Part shown: piece by piece, positions 41,451 to 53,220 of the stretch
How positions within the stretch are numbered: position 1 is the first letter of the stretch
How the letters are laid out: each line of letters opens with the position of its first letter
Assembly: GCA_965644295.1 (NCBI GenBank)
Contig: CBFFRP010000141.1
Location: forward strand, 124,001 to 188,000
Source of the DNA: Paraphysomonas bandaiensis
Lineage: Eukaryota > Protista > Chrysophyceae
Direction of reading: 5' to 3'
Length of the DNA stretch: 64,000 bases
Notes under the pieces: generated by a model
The model's database searches: none
Told to the model about the DNA's origin: nothing
The model's input: the letters and a program-made list of their open reading frames with translations, nothing else
Translations under genes and position numbers: made by a program

Positions 41451-43774
41451 ATGGAGAAAAACAAATCGGACTCAGCGGACCTGTATCAGATCTCTCTTCT
41501 GATAGATCAATTGCGCCATGACGACCCTCAGATTCGAGCCAACGCCACGAAGAATATCGGCAGTATAGGTATGTGGTGTACCGTATTTTACAGTATTCGT
41601 GCTCAGATGCCTCTATAGCTAAAGCTCTCGGCCCTGAGCGCACACGATCGGAACTGATCCCCTTCATCAACGGTGCACTATATACTATACACAACACTGG
41701 ATGAATAGCTTAACTTATGATGATGCAGAGTCAACTGATGACGACGACGATGTTCTTCTTGCTATAGCTGAAAATATTGGTTTGTGTATTATCATTTTGT
41801 GCTGTCGTAACGTTTCGCTCTAGGCGATATTCAGTCTCACGTCGGTGGAGCAGAATTTTATTATACATTATTGGAACCAATCGAACTACTCGCTATAGTG
41901 GAAGATGGATCAGTAAGGGATGCGGTGGGCATTACATATTTTAATCGACGCCCTTGATGTATTTGTATTCAGGCCGTTAAGGCTGTTATTCCAATTGTGG
42001 ATGGTATGCCTGATGACCACTTACTCACGCATTTTGTCCCGTTTGTGTCGAAATTAGCTTTAAAAGACTGGTGAGGATGCCTTTCAGGAACTGAATAGTA
42101 TGTCTAACTTTCACTTTTCTTAAATTTACGTAGGTTCACGTCCAGGATCTCTGCGACGGCCCTCTTTCACATTGCATATTCCCGCCTTCCATCTCATGTC
42201 CAGAAGGAATTCAGAGCGTTATTTTCACGTCTCTGTGCGGACGACACACCTATGGTCCGTAGAATGGCTGCGAAACACTTTGGAGACCTTGCTAGTAGAA
42301 TGTCAGCACCAGAAATCCAGGATGAGCTTTTGGCCCCATTCAAAAAACTTGCTGTTGACGAACAGGTAGTTCATCACAACGCTTTGTACTGGTTTATTTT
42401 TAGTACTGTGATATTGTTCTGCATGAATATGAATTTGTCTATACTTCTAGGACTCAGTGAGGATTCAAAGCGTTGGTATCTGTATAGCTTTAGCAGAAGC
42501 ATTGCCGGCGGAACTGCGGGTAGGTGGTGACATTATATGTTAACATTTTGAAATATGCACAGATGAGCGAGGTGCTTCCGGTAGTGCTTAGTATTGCGTC
42601 CGACAGATCATGGCGTGTTCGTTGGTCTCTCGCAGTTAAAATTGCTGAATTGGGGAATGTGATGGGCCAACAGGTTACCAATAACTCCCTCTGTGAGTGC
42701 TACGAGAATTTGCTTCGTGACCAAGAAGCTGAAGTACGCTCTGCGGCAGCAGGAAACATATCGAAGATGTGTAGTCTAGTGCGCAAGGACATCACAATAT
42801 CCCGGATCCTCCCAGTAGTGAATCACATTATCACGGATTCTTCCGATCATACCCGAGCATCCTGTGCTTTAGTTATAAACGACCTCGCTTCCCTTTTGGG
42901 ACGGGACGATACTGTCGAAAATCTACTTCCGATGCTATTGCAGCTATTGCGAGACGATTCGTCAGATGTGAGTACTTAATAAATCTATAAGTTTACCTTC
43001 ATATGACTTTGGTTTACGTAATTTAATTATCTTTACATTGTTGATATCTGATATGGAGTTGCAGGTGCGACTCAATATTATCGCGAACCTGGATGCCATC
43101 AATGCAGTAATAGGTGTGGAACTTTTGAGTCAGTCTTTATTACCAGCGATCGTTGACCTTGCTGAAGACTCGAAATGGCGTGTGCGTTTTGCTATAATCG
43201 AACATATTCCTCGCATTGCCAACCAACTGGGGTGCTCATTCTTTAACGATAAACTGAATAATCTTTGTATGACTTGGCTGGGGGACGATGTCTACTCCAT
43301 CCGAAGGGCTGCTGCGAATAATCTTTGCAAATTAAGCGCACAGTTTGGTGAGGAGTGGGCGAAGGAGCAAATCATTCCCCGCATTGAGCGCATGCATACT
43401 CATACCAACTACCTGCAACGTATGACAGCACTTTATGGCATTCAGGTCCTAGCTACGAGCCTCTCCCAGACGACCGTTGAAGAGGTCATCGTTCCTCTCA
43501 TACTGCATATGGCTTCAGATGCGGTGCCCAATGTACGGCTGACTGTTGCCAGAACGTTAAACGATATCGTGTCGTCGAAAGGGGAAAAATTCCGTTCAAG
43601 TTTTTTGACCTCCTGTATTCAGCCCGCCCTCATGACACTCCTTGATGACTCTGATCGCGACGTGAGGTTCTACGCTAGACAAGTGCGTGTGCGGCCCTAA
43701 GTTTTATATTTTATTAACAGATATTGATGTAGGCCTCTGATGGAGTGACGGCTGTGGTTGGTGGAGCGCAGTAA
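41451..43774 (+). CDS. PPP2R1A: Protein phosphatase 2A scaffold subunit A (PR65, HEAT repeats), multi-exon
   Basis: LYQISLLIDQLRHDDPQIR, ALGPERTRSELIPF, DDTPMVRR, DRSWRVRW, LLRDQEAEVR, SQSLLPAIVDLAEDSKWRVR, DAVPNVR, DSDRDVRFYA. Confidence 0.95.
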
Positions 43775-44469
43775 TTGCTGATATGCCGCAGGACAAAGGT
43801 GATAGATAGTTTTCATGACAACGAAGGCCGTGGTGTCCGTTGCTAAAGTATACCTGTTATACATACTAGTTACTTTTGCGGTCTCATATTTTGTAACCAA
43901 TAATGGGTTTGATAATGTTAAATATCACAAGATTAGTTGTGTGAAGTGAAATGCATATATAGCGACATTTGTAGTATTCTTGTATACTTCAAACTTCAAA
44001 AGGTGTGCCTCTTGAAACAAACACATGTCTCTTGAAGTTAAAACATTTCAGGATTCAGTAGTGTTTAATGTCGAGACAAATCTCTGCAGGCGAAAATTGA
44101 ATGCTCTTTTTTGACATTTCTCTTGAGTTAACCTCGGATAACATAAACTGTTGTTTTGTACATCAAAATGCTGAATTCTTAGAATTGTGTGTCAGACAGC
44201 AAATTCAAGATAATACTCGCGCAATATCTAAACACTTCACGTAATATTCATCCGGTTAACATCTGTTCTCCTTCACAGCAGGGTGTCGTAGATCGTAGGT
44301 TCACCCATTATAGATATACTTAATCACGGGCAATAAGGATGCTATATCATCCCGCGCTCAAAATTGAAACGATTGAAATGTTGAAATCTATTGGTAGCTT
44401 GTTTGCTCTTAGAAGAAATTAAGATTAGGAAAAAACAAAAGTATTGTTTCCTATCAAAATGGCAGCTAC

Positions 44470-45419
44470 AAGTCGACCTGGGCATCATAAAACCTGGTGA
44501 AACGGTCGAAACCTGGGAAAATTTTACAAATGATACTGCTGACTAAAATTAGACAACGTTTTGTTTAAACTAGTGTAGTAGGTGTTGCATTGACGCGTTT
44601 TTAATGCATTTTGATTATATTTTAAAGTCATTAGAGTGGTTATAATAACCTAAACATGTAACGGATATACATATATATGTTGCTATATAGTATACTATAT
44701 ATACACAACCACATTCTACACACGGTAATCTGCAACAGTTCTGGTGCGCTTGCCAGATACCATAGGAGCAGCACCAACTGCGCCAGTATCTACCCACTCT
44801 TGAGCAGGTTCTTGAACGTAATCCCATGTCTTGACACGTTTTCTCCTATTGGAAGGTGCTGGAGTTTTCTGTGGGGCTGTTGTCGTAAAAATGTATAAGA
44901 AAAATATAACAAACGAATCGATACACATACCAGGTGCAAGGGAGAAGTGCTTGAGGAGCACGGACTTGTCCTCTCTGCTAGCAGCTTTCTTATTGCTGTT
45001 CTTGTAAACAAGATGGTAAGTACCATCATCATTTATAGCATGTATAGTGTCACGCATTTTGGTGACAGTAATAATTTCATCACCAACAGAGTTAGTGGTC
45101 AAAGGGTCACTATCATGATATGAAGTCTCCTGCTGAATATCCTCTTCATCAGAACTGTTTATTCGTGTGTTGACCTTTTGTTTGTTCCCTGGGGTCCGCT
45201 TCTTCAACATGTCAACGGTTATCTCGAAATGTTTTTTCTTTTCTCAGAGCATGTTACTGACAAGCAAAACTTTGAACAACAATGTTCAAAGTAGTTACTA
45301 TAAACACTGCAATTGATGCATATGGCTCCAGAAGAATTCATATGACATCTGAACGATATGCATTTTCATATGCAAACCTGGTCAAATTCACTTCCCAGGT
45401 TTCATGCCCAGGTCGACTT
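44470..45419. mobile_element. 950-bp TIR element with 3-bp TSD (TAC), non-autonomous
   Basis: Perfect 16-bp TIR AAGTCGACCTGGGCAT (44470-44485) / ATGCCCAGGTCGACTT (45404-45419). Additional internal inverted match GAAACCTGGGAA / TTCCCAGGTTTC. TAC on both flanks. Confidence 0.85.
44716..45210 (-). CDS. Short ORF inside the TIR element; possible Tudor-like fragment
   Basis: 164-aa ORF with IHAINDDGTYHLVY and basic NLS-like stretches; possible intron starting GTATGT at about 44930. Confidence 0.35.
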   Translation of the reverse strand: MLKKRTPGNKQKVNTRINSSDEEDIQQETSYHDSDPLTTNSVGDEIITVTKMRDTIHAINDDGTYHLVYKNSNKKAASREDKSVLLKHFSLAPGMCIDSFVIFFLYIFTTTAPQKTPAPSNRRKRVKTWDYVQEPAQEWVDTGAVGAAPMVSGKRTRTVADYRV

Positions 45420-46196
45420 TACATAAGGAAATGACATTTGGACTAGAGACTTACTCAAGCCAATACACCCCCGAATTTTAATAATAGCTACAACAAATAT
45501 AACTCTATCATAGAAGAATACTGAGGGAAGAGTAAGTCACAAGTGTGATGATGAATGCAAATAATTGTAGCTTCCTGTTGTTATTGGCCTCATTATCACA
45601 TGTATGTAGTATGTACAATACACTTAACCTCTGTTAGTGAAACTGACTCGAGTGCTGTGTGTTTATTTTTATGATCTTCTACAGCAGACGAAGAATGGAA
45701 GATGACTTGAAGTGTTTGGTGCTCTGCTTTTGATAGTTGGCTCAACACATAAAATCATATGATATATGACTGTAAATACAACAATTAGTTTCTGTTGAAC
45801 CGAATATTGAAGTTGAATGTACAATATGAGCGTTCTGTTGAGTCCAATTCAGGTCAAGAAAAGCTTTTTTCAGGCAAAATGGGGAAATATTATAATCATA
45901 ATTGTCTTCCTTCGTTACTAAATTCTAAAAAATTGCACATGTGATACAGCAGAGTACAGAAGTATATAGACTTTTCCCTTATGTCTTTTAATAATTATCC
46001 ATCTTTGGATATGGCTAGTGCTGTAAAAAAAGATGTCTATACACTACTATACAACGCATGTTGGATGACAAGCCATAACAAATGCACTGTGTAATCCATT
46101 GCAGCGCATTTACAAGAATGCGCTATGATATATATTTTGCTGAAAACAGTAATCAGCACTCAATGAGCAACAACATCATTTCTATACCATATAATG

Positions 46197-47459
46197 TTAT
46201 GGTTTGAAGTGCTGGGAATCATCAGGTCCACTTCCTTTGTCAGGGTACACGTAAGTAGTGAGTGCTATAGCAAAAGCTTGTATAGGGGAGAGAGGGTACT
46301 GAAAATCCAGAACATATTCATCCTCAGAAGACTTTCCAAATTGTAATATGGCTTGGTCCGCATTCACTGCACGCACATAAAATTCTTAACAACTGCTGCT
46401 ACGTACAAACATAGTATCTTACACTCATCACTTGCACTTTTTTGCAAAGAATTCTTAATGTCCTGCTCCTCAAACAGCAAAATATTTCTAGCTGATGGAC
46501 ACAAAATGCGATTTCCCTGGAACTTGAGCACTAGGCACTCTAAAGAATCATCCCACTGTGGAAGACGATTCAAAAGTCGCATTCCCACAGGCTTCGAGAG
46601 TGACCGGCTGTTAATATAGCCACTAATATCAGGCGCATTTATACCATGCGCCCTAAATGAACGTGGACTGTAGTCAAATTACAATTAAAAATCACACTAA
46701 TAATTAATAATTTGATAACTGAATAGCGTTACTTACCACCATACCAGCCTTGACCCAGCTTCCACCGTAGGTACAGTAATCAAAGAGCATCGCATGTCCA
46801 CATTTGCAACCTTGTGACGACGATTCATCTATTCATATACAATTACCCGATGCTCTGTTAATGCAGCCTGATAGATGCCACTTACATGAGTAATTTTTGC
46901 CAGAATCTCTCTCTGAGAGCTTCCCCATGAACACGTGTACTGGCCAAGGTAGTCGTCACAGTACCGACATTGATTCGAGCAAAGTAAAAACGAGGAGTCA
47001 GGCATTTTCCTACAGACGTTTATAAGTCTGGCATACTAAGTAACTACATTCACAAAACATACATTAGTTTTGCAACATAATGTCCTCGAACTTTTTCGTT
47101 TATGATGTCGAAGTGTTCATACAGGGATATGTAAAACGTTTTCTCCACAAGAATTGCTTTCAAAAGAAATCTATCAGAGCCTTCAAGGAAAATACTACAA
47201 CACATTAAAACAATACACAAGCAATTTATGGCAATACCTGAACGAGTTTCCATATGCACAGAAGTAACACCTCACCCATCCTCTGGACCTGTGACAGGGC
47301 ATATACACTTCATTCGACATTAGCTCATAGCACATGCCTAACTCCTGCAATATAACATCAGATCAGCTTCATTGGACGCATACTGATGATAGAGGGAGCA
47401 CTCACCATGTCCTCCGCTTGACCCACAGCCGTCTCCTTGCACTCACTGTGCCTGGACAT
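46197..47459 (-). CDS. Tubby C-terminal domain protein, multi-exon
   Basis: LLNRLPQWDDSLECLVLKFQGNRILCPSARNILL and terminal exon ILQFGKSSEDEYVLDFQYPLSPIQAFAIAL. Start codon uncertain. Confidence 0.85.
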
Positions 47460-47736
47460 AAGCACCAACTGCTACTGCTACTGCTACTGATCTAGTATCC
47501 CCCTACTCATAGCAGATCATTGTGTCTGAAAGTCAAACCTTTGTTGCTATTAGTACGAGGCGGTATACTTAACTGCCTCACCAGTCCAGCAGTGCCTGAG
47601 CATCAGAGCGAGGGGCGGCTGCATGTATACACTGCTGGACATATCTAGATATACGGGGAATACACACTGTATACCACATTGCTACAGAGCGTATTCCATT
47701 CATACAGGCCTCAGAATACGTTCACACCTAAAGCAG

Positions 47737-48033
47737 TGTCGTGGTGTACGGCACCAGTGTGAAGGTACAGCAGCAGTGTGAAGGTACGGTGCAGCAGTGT
47801 GAAGGTACAGCAGCAGTGTGGAGGTACGGTACAGCAGTATCGTGGTGTACAGTGTGAAGGTACGGTACAGCAGTATCGTGGTGTACAGTGTGAAGGTACG
47901 GTACAGCAGTATCGTGGTGTACAGTGTGAAGGTACGGTACAGCAGTATCGTGGTGTACAGTGTGAAGGTACGGTACAGCAGTATCGTGGTGTACAGTGTG
48001 AAGGTACGGTACAGCAGCAGTGTGGAGGTACGG
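47737..48033. repeat. 36-bp minisatellite (GTGTGAAGGTACGGTACAGCAGTATCGTGGTGTACA)n
   Basis: About 5 near-perfect units plus degenerate flanking units; produces spurious repeat ORFs on both strands. Confidence 0.95.
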
Positions 48034-48314
48034 TAAGAATTCCTAGTAGTACGAAACCCGGTTACTGAGTACGTCAACTGCCGCACTGCTCACTCAAGCT
48101 GATATGACGCGAGCAATCGGAAGCAGATCAAGACAGACGTCGATCCTCGCTGCGCTTTCATTTATCGGTAGTTCCTTCACTGCATTATGAGTCCAGAGTC
48201 GTTCAGAGTCATTTAGATTGACCAGGAGCCTATAGCTTATAGCTTATAGCCACAGGCCGCAGCACTTATGAACGACTCAGGTAGGACTAACCGCTCACAT
48301 AACTCATGTATTAA

Positions 48315-49436
48315 TTGGGGACATGTACAGACAATGGCCCTATTGTCCGAACTCCATCGTCCTCCTCACCTTCTTTCCATTCTCCAAGGAAAACAAAACT
48401 CTGCCGACAGAGGGAGCCGGTTGGACAGGTCTCTGATAAGACTGAATCCAGTGTTCGTCAGCGTCAGTCCTCTCAATCACATCAGAATAGCAGATTTATT
48501 CGTCTCCAGTCATATCCAGGAAGAAGTGGAGAGAGACACTGTCGCAAACGAAAAATACCTCTTGTAAAACCCAAGCAGCTTGAGTGTGTTCCTCCCTGTG
48601 TGTATAAGGTTCAGTGCCACGAAGCTCGAATTCAACACGCCCAGGAGATGGAGCGTAAAGCTCTAGAAGTAAGTTTTGACAGTTGTGAAGGTAATAATAT
48701 AATTACTCGTATTACTAGGCCTCTATTCATCGAAATTATAAGAATCAACTGAGGTTACAAGTGAAATCTGAACGCAAGGAAGAAAAGCAGGCTTCACTTC
48801 GCGAATTACACGCCAAGAATATAAGTCTACGAACAGTACAGTGGATATTAGTGGAAGGTGTGCGCAGTGTAGCACGTCGGTAAGCTTTTATTCCATAGCG
48901 TTGAAGTATGTAACCCAGACGATATCAGAATTGCTGACGCAGCTCGAGAGAGATATAGACTAAATAAAAAAAAATGCGAGAGTGCGAGCAAAATCTCTCG
49001 AGCTTGGAAGCAGCACCGCCGTGCTCGGATGCAAGCAGTATTCTGGGCTAGTATGCTAAAAGCCCGAGAGAAAGTAATACAGCTGAGGAGAGATGAGGAA
49101 GAAGCATTTCAACGACGTGTACAAAAAAGACAAATTAAAGAAGCATGTATACTGGCTGATATCCAACGAAATATATCACAAAATCATGAGATGAATTCCG
49201 TGAAGTGTCCGAAACAATACAGATTGGAGTGTGCTACTAGGAAAGGGGAGGTTGTTGATATATTTTCGTACGTGTATCCTCTTGACCTGGGACCCTCGGA
49301 TAGTTACTCCGAAACCATTAGATTGCTCAAGCAAGACATGAACCGCCGTCGATTGGAGTGTCTTGGAAATAGACTGGAAGCAGAGGAGAATGTCGATAGA
49401 ACAGAAGCAACTACACCATATTCCATGAATGACTAA
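48315..49436 (+). CDS. Hypothetical coiled-coil protein with IQ-like motif, multi-exon (5' end uncertain)
   Basis: Open exons at about 48315-48668, 48718-48879 and 48929-49436 with GT-AG boundaries; SASKISRAWKQHR IQ-like segment. Confidence 0.5.
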
Positions 49437-50239
49437 CGCAAAATCCTTTTTATGTAACCATAAATTATTGACTCCATTCTACAACCTAGAATTTACATCG
49501 CCTCGTAAAGAGATCAGGCAATTTAGAATTCATCTCACATGAGCAATCGATGGTTTATTCTTTATATTGAAGCTTGAGACGCGACCAGAGGTGTCATGTT
49601 AAGTCTTTTCTGGAGTAGCACAACGATTTAGCCCGAAACATAAAATATTTTACTTTCCCTATAAAATATAATAAAACGTCTCCCAGGTTCTCGTCCTACA
49701 ATTCCTACTATACTACTATAACTAATATCCACCATAAAGATATTACTATCAATACATTAATAATTAATAGTAATGCATTAGCTTTCCAACAATAATATTT
49801 CAATACTGTTCTAACAATGTGCAGACTACCACAATACACAACACCATATAGGATGTAGGCTACTATTAGCTACTATTAACGTCTGTAGCGGATACAAGTA
49901 ACCACAAGTCGTGCTTAATACCTGAATATGGACGCTGCACAGGCTTGCGTAACAATGAATTGACAACTAATGGAGTAGTAGTGAGAGGTATCCTAAATAG
50001 TTATTGATATATATGATATATTAATGAGATATTAATAACCAAGCATCCGATTTTTGGCGTTTCAACTATAATCGCCCTTTAATTCTATTTCTGGCTTTTA
50101 CCATTATTTCAAGGTGCCTAGGTGTCATTCACTTGCGAAATACTTCAAGGTGCATCTTCCTTATAATAATATTTTGTCAATCGTTTTCAAATATTTTCGT
50201 TAGTAATAGTCATAGGAGCAGGAGCAGGAGCAGGAGCAA

Positions 50240-50734
50240 TAGGCGCTTGAGAGTCAAAACTAATGTGCGTAGCATTTTTCAATTTAACTTAACTAGTGCT
50301 TAACTCTGATATCCTACTATATTTAACGCTACTAAAGCTGCTTGTGCATCACCACAAGAGCCAAGGTGCAACCACTTTCGCTTTATTTCCCTCATCACTC
50401 AATCCAAACGCAGTTAGAAACAAGCAGAATGTTGATATAGCTGAAATCTGCTAATTTCAGGATTTTTGAGTCCTTAAGAAGGTGAGCCGCCCAGGTGCTT
50501 GACTTCAACTGACAGCCCAATACCCGGAAGCCTTCGAGGTGGGCCTATTCCCGAATGCCTGTTTATTCGTCAGGGCTCAAAGACGTCTCTACACAAGTGA
50601 CACATGTATTAGTGTCCCTTGTACTACACAAGCATTTGGCTATGAGTGGGCAGAATAATGTCTCCCGGAAAAATCTCTCCGGTACTTATCCCTCATAACA
50701 TAACGAAAAGGTGCGAGTCCGACTTTGTTTAGGG
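50240..50734 (-). mobile_element. Dispersed repeat copy 2, homologous to 18636-19115
   Basis: Same orientation and block order as copy 1; adjacent (GGAGCA)n simple repeat at the inferred 3' end. Confidence 0.7.
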
Positions 50735-51637
50735 AAATATTTCATTGACGTTGTTCAGAATATATTTCCTAAGTTGGAGTATTTCCTTATGGTACTTGAA
50801 AAAGATAAATGGCCTATCTAGTTGATCCAGTGATACACATTTAAAAACCCCGCGCATTCTAGGGGGAAGGGGGCCCGGCCAATGTCACTATAGGCCTATA
50901 CTGAGTCACGAGAAGCTACGCGTACTCTTTATTAGGTAATAGGAAGGTAAACATGGTCCTACTAGAATTTGAGCGAATTACATATATAAGTCATGCATAG
51001 GTATGAGAAATTCTGCGTAATCTTTTAGCAAAGGTGAACACGGGTTGGGCGGCAACAGAATCTGCGCGTGATCTAGTATGTCGTCAGCTACATTGGTGGA
51101 CGGTACACGGGTAGGCGGGTATTAGAATCAGTACAAATCTTGGTATTATATGTGGTATACCAGCGAGTATAAAATATGACCACGCCCTCGGAATGGGGCA
51201 ACATTCCAGGAATAAGGCCGATACCTTTCGTTTGACAGAACCGTATGTAAACGACCGTTTCCAGATATACTGCACTCAAACCTTCAACCCGCAAGGGAAC
51301 TAGCATTGTTAATGAAATACGTCCATCCATTATTTTGCTTCAATAGGCCCTTCTTTGCATTGACAAACATCGTTTGGCTGTTCCTCCTTCGGTTCGAAAA
51401 ATACCCATATATTTTCGTTACGCGAATACGCTTCCTGCTCCTATAACTATTACCTAAACGTAACTCAATAAAGCTTGCCTGGAAGAGCTCTAGCAACGTT
51501 TTCCTTTCTATACGATATTTACACCACATTCCAAACTGGTATATGAAATTTTCGTTATTACAAAACGTGCTACATGTCGTAGAAAAACAATGTAATTAGT
51601 AGATATAGATAACCCTATCTTAATCTACAACTGCTTC

Positions 51638-52517
51638 TTAATCCTGTCTACACTTCAGAGTTCGCTTATGTACTCCTTCAGGAGTGCTAAAATAATACAC
51701 ATCAGACATCTACAAGCCATTGAAATTATTACTCACATAATGATAACTTCTGCGCCCCACCCACTAAGCGCGTCCCTGTCGACAGCGGAGAGCAAACACT
51801 GGGAGAGAACCTCAAACAGTTCATCGGGGTTCTTCATAAAGGATAAACCATAAGCTTAAATATAATTCGTCAAACACGTGTATCCTTACCATGTCAGGGC
51901 GATAGAGAGCCTCACACATTCCGTGCAGATTGGCAGTACATGTGCCAGATACCACGAAATCGTCAGTGAAAACAGGAGCACCAATCAGGTCCATGCCAGA
52001 CAGAAATGGTTTATTGTCATTTGTCAAACCAGCTACCACCGGCTCACAAAACCAAGGCCCAAACCTAGAAATTTTGAATCGTGTTACACTTACTTCGAGA
52101 TTTCACACATGACGTACGCACCTCTTCTCGTACAATAGCGTTGACAATAAAGCAGAGAATGTCTCCGGTTTTATCTCTCTATGCTCGCGAAATCTATACA
52201 AGTTACACTGGAACTGTAGCAGTTGATGCAAGGATATCACGTCGGTGGCTAGACCAGCCAAACCCACATATGTTTTTTCACCCATTTCGAACACTTTCTT
52301 GAAATCTTTCGCAACAGTTTGCGCCTGAACACCTAAACGAGTGTCGCTAGAGCAAGCATTAAACTCATATTTATAACAGACAGGCTGGTAGTACCTGCAT
52401 ATTCCTACACAATTTTTACCGGCCATGCCGATGATGGCAGCTCCATTATACTGTAGAATCGACTACAACAAGAAAGAGTTATATGAGCATATGAAACACA
52501 GTGGCGAGGAGTACCAT
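51638..52517 (-). CDS. PSMB3: 20S proteasome subunit beta type-3, multi-exon
   Basis: MSILQYNGAAIIGMAGKNCVGI, GLAGLATDV, LYEKRFGPWFCEPVVAGL, MDLIGA, FVVSGT, AVDRDALSGWG, ending LKCRQD. Confidence 0.96.
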
Positions 52518-53220
52518 TTGTGTTGCACTTATTTAAAATATTGTTATCTTGAAATCCTAAGTGAGGGGAGTCACGGAGTTGTACGATCTGTATGGCTTGG
52601 TCAGACCTCGACACACATATATATATATATATGCATGTATGTATACCTTATACAGACACACCTCTACGAGTATGCTGGTATCTCTCCCACACTGCACAGC
52701 ACACACAACAATACGATGCACGTACCGGAATACCTTAGAATACCGGGAATACGTATATAATCATGAAGTGAAGCAAAAAAAGTGAACCCTGCCGTATGAG
52801 GTGATGATGATGGTGTTGTGAGGGAGACGAGGCACTGGGCTTGAGATCAAGTCAATCTATCATCTATTTGGCGATTGGCTCAGACGAATAGCACTTGATC
52901 GTAGCTATTCAAGTATAAGGCTGATCCTGTGTACTTCACACTTCAAATTGGAAGTCAGTGATTGGTTAGTGTGCTCACTTTTCCAGTCGAAGTGAAAGCT
53001 GTGCATTCCAGTGAAGTCGAAGAGGAGTCTGCGTCATCGAATAATTCGCTTAGTGATAGAGTCAAAGAGTGTCCTGTCCTTACATAGTAGTCAGCGGACG
53101 GGTCAATAGATACACTTAAATATAGTTAATCATATACGTGCATCTGCGCACGCTGTTGCTGTTGCCATTTCCGCATTTGTTGTTATCATTTTTGTTATTG
53201 CTCAAAAGAAATAGCGAAGC

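Noticed and set aside
47700-48086. 36-bp repeat as a CRISPR array or repeat protein
   Set aside because: Units are directly adjacent with no unique spacers, there are no cas genes and the context is eukaryotic; the ORFs are repeat artefacts
50760-51560. Short minus-strand ORFs (51084-51529) as a gene or mobile-element remnant
   Set aside because: No recognisable motif, multiple stops and no convincing splice pattern; it may be a decayed sequence but cannot be supported
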